Source of the DNA: Verrucomicrobiales bacterium
GTDB taxonomy: Bacteria > Verrucomicrobiota > Verrucomicrobiia > Verrucomicrobiales > SLCJ01
NCBI GenBank assembly: GCA_046075565.1
Contig: JBJTQJ010000071.1
Location: 1 to 23,165 of the forward strand
DNA length: 23,165 nucleotides
Direction: 5' to 3'
Positions within the stretch are counted from its first letter, which is position 1. Each line of letters begins with the position of its first letter. Shown piece by piece: positions 1-7,170 of the stretch. A model generated the notes under the pieces. It did no database searches. It was not told where the DNA came from and was given only the letters and a program-made list of their open reading frames with translations. A program made the position numbers and the translations under genes.

Positions 1-1635
1 AGCTTCAAGATAGTGTTTTTCGCCGGTCATTTCATACATTTCAAGTAGGAGACTGAAGCGTGGATTTATTTCCGTCCAGAAGAACAGCGCGCCTCCCTCG
101 GGGTCCTTGAAATCCTTCGCCGGTTTGTTGACCCGTTCCTCGAGGTAGCGGTCGGCATCGCGTTTGGCAAACTCGAGGTATTCTTTCTCACCGGTCACGC
201 GGTAGAGTGCCATCGCATTTTGCCAGCGTTTGCCGAGTTCGCTGGCACTGAGGTTCCTCACGCGGGACGATGCATATTCTTCTTTGGCGAGTTGCACCAG
301 GAAGGGGGCGCCTCTTTTGAAGATGTCATACAAGGCCGTCAGTTCGCTGATGGGTGCCGCTGGTCCGGTCAACGTGTGACTCGGGTTTTGTATCTTCTGT
401 TCACGGTCCGGAGTGAAGAGGAATTTGCCGCGCGAGAGCATGAACTCGATCACAGGCAGAGCCCGGTGTTTGAAGATTTCCTCGTTATCGGTGACCATTG
501 CCAGGAAGAGCGGGTCAAGGCTACTGACGTTTTTAACCGCTCCTTGGGCATCGGTGTCGTAGCCGGAGGCCTTGCGTTCCTCGGAGAACCTGCTGTATTC
601 ACTCATCCCGTAATCAACCATACGCTCCAGGGTCTGGTTGAGCGAGCCGAGCGCGTTGGTGCGGTAGTCGCGGAAACCGTAAAGCTTGCGTGCGACATAT
701 TCGAAGGCCTGTGTGGTATCACCAGTGACAGCGATTGGACGGAGGGTAAAAGCGAATGGTTGCCCGCGTTTCATTTGTGAACCGATGCCGCCCAGCACGG
801 GAGCGAAAGTCATGGGCTGGGCGAGCCCCTGCTGGTTGCGCACAGCGATCCCGAAGTGTGAATTGGTTGCGACGGGGAGTTGCTCGAACGGGAACTCGGA
901 GGGATCAACGACCACGCCGATGGTCTTGCCTTGGCGGTTCACGAAGGTGCTGGGCACGGTGGCACGAAAGGCCAAAGTCATGATGCTTGTGGCAGGGAAC
1001 CTTTTTTCCTGCCAAACGAGCGGTTGCCAGATGGAATCGACATCGTCCAGTTTCTGGGCGGGGGCACCGAGGTAGCCGACCGAGTAATAACCATCCTTTT
1101 TCGGGGTGAATTCGTAGCGCAGAGCCGGAGGGGAACCGGCATCCGGCAGTGAGAGTTCGGCACGGAGCGTGAATCCAGGGTTTTCCGGGAAGGTTTAGAT
1201 CCAGCGTTCCCCCTGTTTGGTCACGGCATTCGAGGCAACAGCGACATGCGGGGCGGCCTGAAACAAATCCGATGTCCGGAAAGCATTGGAGCCCCGCAAG
1301 ATCCTCGGATCGAACCCATCTCCTACGGAATTCGAGTCCTGGACTTTTTCGACCGTCTCGCTTTTTTGCTCCAAGGCTTTGTTAAACCATGAGACCACAT
1401 TGTAGGTCACATCCCCAGCACTGCCGCGGAGTTCCATTTTCGGGTCCGTAGCGGAAAAGAACACCGCGAACCGCATTTGCATTTCCCATTCGCCGGCGGT
1501 TTCCGTGCGCAGCAGGAAGGAGCCGCTGCCCTTGGGTTCAACTGCGTATTTCTGCGTTAGCGGTTCTGCCGATGCCACATTGGCCAGAGCAAAGAGCGGC
1601 AGAATGCAGGAAAGGAAATGGATTATGGCTTTCAA
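1..1635 (-). pseudogene. Large secreted protein with probable (alpha/alpha)-barrel glycosidase-like region, interrupted by one in-frame TAA; runs off the left edge
   Basis: TTG start at 1635 with signal peptide MKAIIHFLSCILPLFALANVASA. The frame reads ...QGERWI*TFPENPGFTLRAEL... with TAA at 1195-1197, then stays open for 398 codons to base 1 (translated by hand). It contains ALYRVTGEKEYLEFAKRDADRYL and LLEMYEMTGEKHYLEA, helix-hairpin motifs typical of six-hairpin glycosidase-like folds. Could be a real nonsense allele or a sequencing error. Confidence 0.75.
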
Positions 1636-1835
1636 GAGATTTTTCAGGTTTGGGAATAGGCGGAGTCGCGGGTTTGGGGATGCGCTCCCGGCGAAAACAC
1701 GAGTATCATGCCACGACTATTGCGGACAAGTTCGTTCGCCATCAATTCACAATATAAGTGGGCTCCCGCTGGCTGCCTGTCGAATGCAAAGGCTTGGCAG
1801 CAGGTGATCCGCATCCACTGGGATCCTCTGGACGA

Positions 1836-2030
1836 CTACAGTTTGAACGGTTCGGGGTTTCCCGTCACCCGGTCATCCGGAAGGCCTTGGAGCAATCTCC
1901 ATCGCAAAAGCATCTCCGCATGGGCAAGTTGCTGCTCAAAACTGGGTGCGGACGACTCCATCAAACGGCACGTTTCCTCCGAAAAGTCCGGGAAGGAGAG
2001 AAGATCTCCGGACTGATTACCGTTCTCCAA
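1836..2030 (-). CDS. Small hypothetical protein (~64 aa), probable partner of the upstream nucleotidyltransferase
   Basis: 3' part of ORF 1836..2177. TTG at 2028-2030 overlaps the end of the nucleotidyltransferase by 14 nt. Product (M)ENGNQSGDLLSFPDFSEETCRLMESSAPSFEQQLAHAEMLLRWRLLQGLPDDRVTGNPEPFKL. Start codon is uncertain. Confidence 0.55.
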   Translation of the reverse strand: MENGNQSGDLLSFPDFSEETCRLMESSAPSFEQQLAHAEMLLRWRLLQGLPDDRVTGNPEPFKL

Positions 2031-2571
2031 GGAAGGATTTGAGTAGGGAACGGGTTTCATCGTTGGCGTGCCGGTCAAGGACCTCTCGGAAAGCTGCTTC
2101 ATTAGGGTCGATATTGCAAATCCTAAGAATCTGGAGGATGTCCGGCAAATCTTTCCCGGACATGCGTCTTTCGGCATTTCGCATGGCGTGGAGTTTCAAG
2201 GCGATCAAATGAAGCGGAGCCGGAACAGGGAGCGAAACTTGCCCGAAATACATCAGCCTCTGGCGCGAGGCCATCAATGCATAGGTCGAACGGTCAACCA
2301 GCATCAGATCCACAGGAAATAGCGCGCTGGAAGCATTCTCCGGAAGGAATTTGGCGAACGCGCTGGTTTGCCCAACCCAACGATAGCCGAAGGACTCCAA
2401 CTTTGTTCTCCAAGCGGCCAAATCATCAGCGCACACGAGAAAATCCAAGTCGAGGGTTGTCCGGGTGTATCCATAGGCATTCACCGCGTGGCCACCAATC
2501 ACCAGAATCCCCAACCCTGTCTCACAGGAAGCGTTGGCTATACGCTGAAAAATATTGGTGCTTTCATCCAT
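2017..2571 (-). CDS. DNA polymerase beta-superfamily nucleotidyltransferase (DUF6036/AbiEii-like)
   Basis: N-terminal LVIGGHAVNAYGYTRTTLDLDFLV (GG...DxD), a third acidic residue in PVDLM, and C-terminal LIALKLHA...GKDLPDILQIL typical of this group. Confidence 0.85.
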   Translation of the reverse strand: MDESTNIFQRIANASCETGLGILVIGGHAVNAYGYTRTTLDLDFLVCADDLAAWRTKLESFGYRWVGQTSAFAKFLPENASSALFPVDLMLVDRSTYALMASRQRLMYFGQVSLPVPAPLHLIALKLHAMRNAERRMSGKDLPDILQILRICNIDPNEAAFREVLDRHANDETRSLLKSFLGER

Positions 2572-2585
2572 GGTCTAGGCCGGAC

Positions 2586-2614
2586 ATGATACTCTGCCCA
2601 AATGGCATTGCCAA
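2586..2614 (-). promoter_or_regulatory. Sigma70-like promoter of the nucleotidyltransferase module
   Basis: Minus strand TTGGCA (2614-2609) - N17 - TATCAT (2591-2586), 14 nt upstream of ATG 2571. Confidence 0.55.
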
Positions 2615-2853
2615 GAGTTTCTCCATGCTGCAGTGTCAATGGCCCGAAACGTCACCGCTACTCCGGAACCACCCTAACCGTTTCCCGGAGCACCCCATGC
2701 GGTGTCCGAAAATTCATCTAAACACACTCCGCCTGTAGGTGATCCGGCAATGTTGGCGAATTTTTTCGTGGGCCATAAGTGTCGCGGGACATTTCCTTAA
2801 CCGTGGCAAACCGATCGGAACGATCCACATTGGGTTTGGATACAGGATTCAAC

Positions 2854-3585
2854 TCACGGCAAGAGCAACCGGATTCCCCCGTAAAGCGAAAACACGACGA
2901 TCATGCGCGAGAACCACTTTTCCGGAACCCGGTGCACGATGGCGCGCCCTACAACCACACCGATGAGGATGGCGGGCAGGGCCCATAGGTTGAGCCAGAG
3001 GGTTGACGGAGCGATGAGTCCCTGCACGGTGAGAAAGGGGACTTTGATGACATTGACGAGCAGGAAAAACCTTGCCCCAGTGCCGAGTAAATCCATCTTG
3101 CCGAGTCCGCGGGCTAACAAATAGATCGAGATGATTGGTCCGGCGGCATTGGCGAGGGTGGTGGCGAGTCCACCGGCGAATCCCATGGCGAATGCAAAGA
3201 TCGGCGCGGTGGCAAGCCATGCCGCCATGCCGGGGAAACGCGCCCGCAGCGGAATCAGCGCCGCCATGGCAAGGATGATCGCGCCTAGCCATGGTCGGGC
3301 GGTCGTGTTATCGAGGATACGAAGAAGCACGGCACCCGCGATCACGCCGGCCACACAGGGAGGAAGCAATCGCCAGACTTCCTTCCATGAACCATGGGCC
3401 CGGAATCCATGGTAAACCATGAGATCGGCCGCGATCAACATCGGGAGGGCGAGTCCCGATTGGTCGCGGGCCCCGTATTCCTGGGTCAACAGATAGACGC
3501 CGATCAGCGATATGCCGGAAAAGCCCGTCTTCGAAACGCCGATGACGAAGGCGGCGGCGAAGAGTTCCCAAGGCAGGTCAGGCAT
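2854..3585 (-). CDS. Sulfite exporter TauE/SafE family membrane protein
   Basis: 243 aa, highly hydrophobic, two-repeat architecture with IGVSKTGFSG and GGLATTLANAAGP motifs; 8 nt downstream of dapB. Confidence 0.88.
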   Translation of the reverse strand: MPDLPWELFAAAFVIGVSKTGFSGISLIGVYLLTQEYGARDQSGLALPMLIAADLMVYHGFRAHGSWKEVWRLLPPCVAGVIAGAVLLRILDNTTARPWLGAIILAMAALIPLRARFPGMAAWLATAPIFAFAMGFAGGLATTLANAAGPIISIYLLARGLGKMDLLGTGARFFLLVNVIKVPFLTVQGLIAPSTLWLNLWALPAILIGVVVGRAIVHRVPEKWFSRMIVVFSLYGGIRLLLP

Positions 3586-3593
3586 AGGGCGGC

Positions 3594-4331
3594 TCAGTGC
3601 AGGCCGAGCACGTCCTGCATGTCATAGAGGCCTGCGGGTTTTCCGGCGAGCCATTTGGCTGCGCGGATGGCGCCATTGGCAAAGGTTTCCCTTGAGGAGG
3701 CTTTGTGGGTCAGTTCCACCCGTTCGCCATCGGCCGCATAAACAACGGTGTGATCACCGACCACGTCGCCGCCGCGCAGGGCATGCACGCCGATTTCTTT
3801 CGCCGTGCGCGGACCCACATCACCATGGCGACCGTGGCGGGTGTCGTTTTCATAGGAGACCTTGGTTTCCTCACAGAGAATCTCGACCAGTCGCCGGGCG
3901 GTGCCGGAGGGCGAATCGATCTTGTGGCGATGGTGCATTTCCACGACCTCGAGGTCGAAGCCCTCGCCAAGAATTCGGGTGGCCTGGCGGGTCAGCCAGA
4001 AGAGCGTGTTCACGCCCACGGAAAAGTTCGGCGCATAGACAATGGGCAAAGTCGCGGAGGCGGCGCGGATGCGTTCGCGCATGGCCTCGGGATGGCCGGT
4101 CGTGCCAATGACCAGAGGCACCTTTGCCGCGAGGGCGGCATGGAGTAGCTCGGCGGTGAAACCATGGGTCGTGAAATCAACGACCGCTCCAATCCCCTGG
4201 AGCGAAAGTGGTTCGCCGACATCATGGGTTTTCGCGACCGAGACCAATGGGTCGCGGTTGGCGCACGTGATGACGGCCTGGCCCATGCGGCCGGACTTGC
4301 CGGTGACGAGAATTCGGAGAGGAGATTCCAT
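3594..4331 (-). CDS. dapB: 4-hydroxy-tetrahydrodipicolinate reductase
   Basis: GKSGRMG Rossmann motif, VIGTTG, APNFSVG, signature EMHHRHKIDSPSGTA, LRGGDVVGDH, SRETFANGA. Confidence 0.97.
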   Translation of the reverse strand: MESPLRILVTGKSGRMGQAVITCANRDPLVSVAKTHDVGEPLSLQGIGAVVDFTTHGFTAELLHAALAAKVPLVIGTTGHPEAMRERIRAASATLPIVYAPNFSVGVNTLFWLTRQATRILGEGFDLEVVEMHHRHKIDSPSGTARRLVEILCEETKVSYENDTRHGRHGDVGPRTAKEIGVHALRGGDVVGDHTVVYAADGERVELTHKASSRETFANGAIRAAKWLAGKPAGLYDMQDVLGLH

Positions 4332-4361
4332 GGCTAACGAAACGGCAGGATAGCCGCCGGA

Positions 4362-5300
4362 TCAACCGCGGAAGGCAGCCCGCAGGAGTTCGAGGCTTTT
4401 CGGCACCGCCGTGACTGGATCCTCTTTGCCTTCGAATTCCAGCGAGACATAGCCTCGGAATCCGGCATCGCGGATGATTTTGCCGATGCGCGGGTAATCG
4501 AGATCGAGGGTATACCAGACGCCGCCGCCGAAATAGGTTTTCGCCTGCACTAGCACGGTCTTCGGAGCGAGGGCGGCGATCTTTTCGTAAGGATCCGCAA
4601 GGAAATTCCCGGTATCGAGGGTGACCTGGAGCCAGTCGGAGTTGACGGCCTTTACAATCCTGAGCACGCCCTCGGGGAGTCGCCCGAGCCCCCAGTGGTT
4701 TTCCAAGCCTAGCAAGACCCCGAGTTTTTCCGCCTCCTTGGTCACCTCGGCAATGGCATCAATAACCCACGGGAATCCATCTTCCTCCGTGTAGCCCGGC
4801 AAAGCGGGCTCGATGCCGCGGTTGGCCATGAGTTCATCAAAATCTTTCGACGTGCCCCAGCGCCCGGTGTTCAGTCGCATGGTCGGAATGCCGAGGTCGG
4901 AGGCCCGGCGCAGGCTGGCGATGGTGATGTCGATGTTCTCCTTCCGCTTCGCCGGGTCCGGGGAAAGAAACCCCTGGTGCGTCGAATAACCCATGAGGTC
5001 GAGGCCAAGGGTGAAAGCGAGCTTTTTCAGCTTCATCAAGGCCGCCGGGGCCAAGTCAGGGAGTTGGCGCTCGAGCAGTTCGACGCCATCGAACCCCATC
5101 TTGGCGGCCGCTTCGATGCATCGCGCCGGGTCGCGCCACTCATCGCGTTTGAAGCCCCAGAACGAATAGGTCGAGATCCCGATGCGGTTCGGAAGCGAAA
5201 CGGGCGCTGGCTTTTCCTCGGCGGGGGCGAGTCGGCTGGCCAAGGGCAGGGCGGTCGCCCCGAGGAGCGAACGACGGAGAAAGGAGCGGCGGTCGGTCAT
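4362..5300 (-). CDS. Tat-exported sugar phosphate isomerase/epimerase (xylose isomerase-like TIM barrel)
   Basis: Start re-assigned to ATG 5300: [21 protein letters not shown] is a twin-arginine signal. Motifs [29 protein letters not shown]. Confidence 0.88.
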   Translation of the reverse strand: MTDRRSFLRRSLLGATALPLASRLAPAEEKPAPVSLPNRIGISTYSFWGFKRDEWRDPARCIEAAAKMGFDGVELLERQLPDLAPAALMKLKKLAFTLGLDLMGYSTHQGFLSPDPAKRKENIDITIASLRRASDLGIPTMRLNTGRWGTSKDFDELMANRGIEPALPGYTEEDGFPWVIDAIAEVTKEAEKLGVLLGLENHWGLGRLPEGVLRIVKAVNSDWLQVTLDTGNFLADPYEKIAALAPKTVLVQAKTYFGGGVWYTLDLDYPRIGKIIRDAGFRGYVSLEFEGKEDPVTAVPKSLELLRAAFRG

Positions 5301-5347
5301 GGGGGAATTTAGCCCGAAAGCGCCGATGGAAACCGGAAAATGCCTTC

Positions 5348-5376
5348 TTGACTTTGGCGTTACTGCAATGCAGTAT
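5348..5376 (+). promoter_or_regulatory. Promoter and palindromic operator of the AbrB-PIN TA operon
   Basis: TTGACT (5348-5353) - N17 - CAGTAT (5371-5376). A perfect inverted repeat TACTGCA-A-TGCAGTA (5361-5375) covers the spacer and -10. ATG is 6 nt after the -10. Confidence 0.7.
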
Positions 5377-5382
5377 TGCTGC

Positions 5383-5625
5383 ATGACGAGCATTCCCGTA
5401 TCCAAACGCGGCACCATTACCTTGCCGCCTGAGATCCGCCGTGCCCTTGGGCTGGATGCGACGGATCACCCCATGGTGCTGGTGGAACTCAAGGATGGCG
5501 GGGTTTTCCTCCAACCGGCTGCTACCGTCCCCGTGCGGGACATTCCCGAGCAAACCATCCGAGACTGGATCTCCGAGGATGAAGAGAATGCGGAGTCGTT
5601 CTGGCGGAAGGCTGGCAAGCGGTGA
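5383..5625 (+). CDS. AbrB/MazE/SpoVT-family antitoxin (VapB-like)
   Basis: 80 aa from ATG 5383. VSKRGTITLPPEIRRALGL...VLVELKDGGVFLQP is a swapped-hairpin signature, followed by an acidic tail. GTGA overlap with the PIN gene. Confidence 0.9.
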   Translation: MTSIPVSKRGTITLPPEIRRALGLDATDHPMVLVELKDGGVFLQPAATVPVRDIPEQTIRDWISEDEENAESFWRKAGKR

Positions 5626-6032
5626 AAATTTTTCTGGACAGCAGTGTTCTGTTGTCGGCCTGTGGTTCAAGCAGGTCGCTTTGCCGTCTGGTTGTGGAAA
5701 TTGCCCCTGAGCGGGGCTGGTCGCTCGTGTCAGCCGTTTATTGCCGCGCCGAAACAAGCAGAAACATCCAGAAAGTCGGCGCTCAGGCTGCCTCGGTTTG
5801 GCCGGAACTCCAGCAAAAGATTGACTGGGTGGCCAACGCCCTTGTCAGCAACAGGCCGCTTTTGCTCGCGGCATCGAAGGACAAGCCGGTGCTCGTTTCC
5901 GCCCTCGCGGCCTCGCGTGACGTTCTCCTCACTCTGGACAGAGGCGATTTCGGGATCGTGCTCGGAACAACCGTCTATGGAATGATGGTGAGCACACCCC
6001 GTGAGTTTTTGGTCGCCGAGGGTCTGGGGTGA
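5622..6032 (+). CDS. PIN-domain ribonuclease toxin (VapC-like)
   Basis: MKIFLDSSVL N-terminus; conserved acidic residues in FLD, RAE, SKD, LLTLDRGDF; C-terminal STPREFL; translationally coupled to the AbrB gene. Confidence 0.9.
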   Translation: MKIFLDSSVLLSACGSSRSLCRLVVEIAPERGWSLVSAVYCRAETSRNIQKVGAQAASVWPELQQKIDWVANALVSNRPLLLAASKDKPVLVSALAASRDVLLTLDRGDFGIVLGTTVYGMMVSTPREFLVAEGLG

Positions 6033-6112
6033 ATCCCGATGCTTCCGTCCTTGTCGGAGCTGGTTTTCCGTGTTCATTATCCGTCCCGCCGGACTCCGCG
6101 CGCCTGATTTCC

Positions 6113-7129
6113 ATGCAAGACACCATCCAGAAGCTCCAAGACGAAACCCTCGCCGCCATCGCCGCCGCCGCTGATGAACGCGCCCTCGACGACACCCGCG
6201 TCGCCGTGCTCGGCAAAAAAGGCAGTCTGACCCAACTCGCGGCCGGCATGCGCGACCTGTCGCCGGAACAAAAGCCCCTGGTCGGCCAATGGCTCAACAC
6301 CGCCCGCACCGCCGTAACCGAGGCTCTTGACGCCCGCAAACTCGCCCTCGCCGAAGCGGCCGACCGCGCCTCCGTGGCTGGCATTGATGTCTCTCTGCCC
6401 GGCCGCGCCCTCGCCCGGGGTGGTCTCCACCCCCTGACTCTCATCGAAAACAAGGTCATCGGCATCTTGCGGCGACTCGGTTTTGCCCTCGCCACCGGCC
6501 CGGAGGTCGAGACCGAGTGGCATTGTTTCGACGCCCTCAACACCCCCGCCGACCACCCGGCGCGCAACGAGTCGGATACTTTCTATTTCGACTCGGGGAA
6601 ACTCCTCCGCACCCATACTTCGTCGGTGCAGATCCGGACTATGGAAAACCAACCGCCGCCGGTGCGCATCATCGCTCCCGGTTCCGCCTTCCGTCGCGAC
6701 GAAATCGATGCCACGCACCTTTCCGCCTTCCATCAAATCGAAGGGCTCTGCGTGGGCGAGGGGATCACACTCGCCGACCTCAAGGGCACTCTCGAATTCT
6801 TCTTCCGCGAACTCTATGGACCCGGCACGGCCGTGAGATTCCGTCCGCACTTCTTCCCGTTCACCGAGCCGAGTTTTGAAATCGACGTGCTCCTCCAAGC
6901 GGCCGGCAAGGAGCCACGCTGGATCGAAATCGCCGGCTGCGGCATGGTTGATCCCGCCGTCTTCGACGCGGTGAACAAAGCCCGCGGGGACAATGCCTAC
7001 GACCCGTCTCGCCTGACCGGCTTCGCCTTCGGCATGGGCCTCGACCGCCTCGCCATGATTGAATACGGACTCACCGACATCCGCCTCCTCATCGAAAACG
7101 ACCAACGCTTCCTCGTCCAGTTCGCCTGA
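6113..7129 (+). CDS. pheS: Phenylalanine--tRNA ligase alpha subunit
   Basis: Start re-assigned to ATG 6113 (MQDTIQKL). LGKKG, FDALNTPADHPAR, LLRTHTSSVQIR, FRRDEIDATH, RFRPHFFPFTEPS, GFAFGMGLDRLAM. Confidence 0.98.
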   Translation: MQDTIQKLQDETLAAIAAAADERALDDTRVAVLGKKGSLTQLAAGMRDLSPEQKPLVGQWLNTARTAVTEALDARKLALAEAADRASVAGIDVSLPGRALARGGLHPLTLIENKVIGILRRLGFALATGPEVETEWHCFDALNTPADHPARNESDTFYFDSGKLLRTHTSSVQIRTMENQPPPVRIIAPGSAFRRDEIDATHLSAFHQIEGLCVGEGITLADLKGTLEFFFRELYGPGTAVRFRPHFFPFTEPSFEIDVLLQAAGKEPRWIEIAGCGMVDPAVFDAVNKARGDNAYDPSRLTGFAFGMGLDRLAMIEYGLTDIRLLIENDQRFLVQFA

Positions 7130-7170
7130 GCCGTGCTGTCCATTTCTATTTATTCCACATTGATTTTCAC

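Noticed and set aside
220..1152. Plus-strand ORFs 220..780, 686..1075 and 880..1152
   Set aside because: They lie antisense to the continuous minus-strand frame, which has the convincing protein features.
1195..1197. Stop-codon reassignment or programmed read-through of TAA
   Set aside because: TAA terminates other genes here (NTase 2017-2019, protease 13063-13065), and TAA is not a Sec or Pyl codon. A single instance is better explained by mutation or error.
1701..2594. 10-bp inverted repeat GAGTATCATG (1701-1710) / CATGATACTC (2585-2594) flanking the NTase pair, as possible mobile-element ends
   Set aside because: Short enough to occur by chance in about 1 kb, does not extend, no target-site duplication or transposase, and the right copy coincides with the -10 box.
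6033..6112. pheM-like attenuator or T-box upstream of pheS
   Set aside because: Only 80 nt long, with no Phe-codon-rich leader ORF, T-box motif or terminator hairpin with U-tract.
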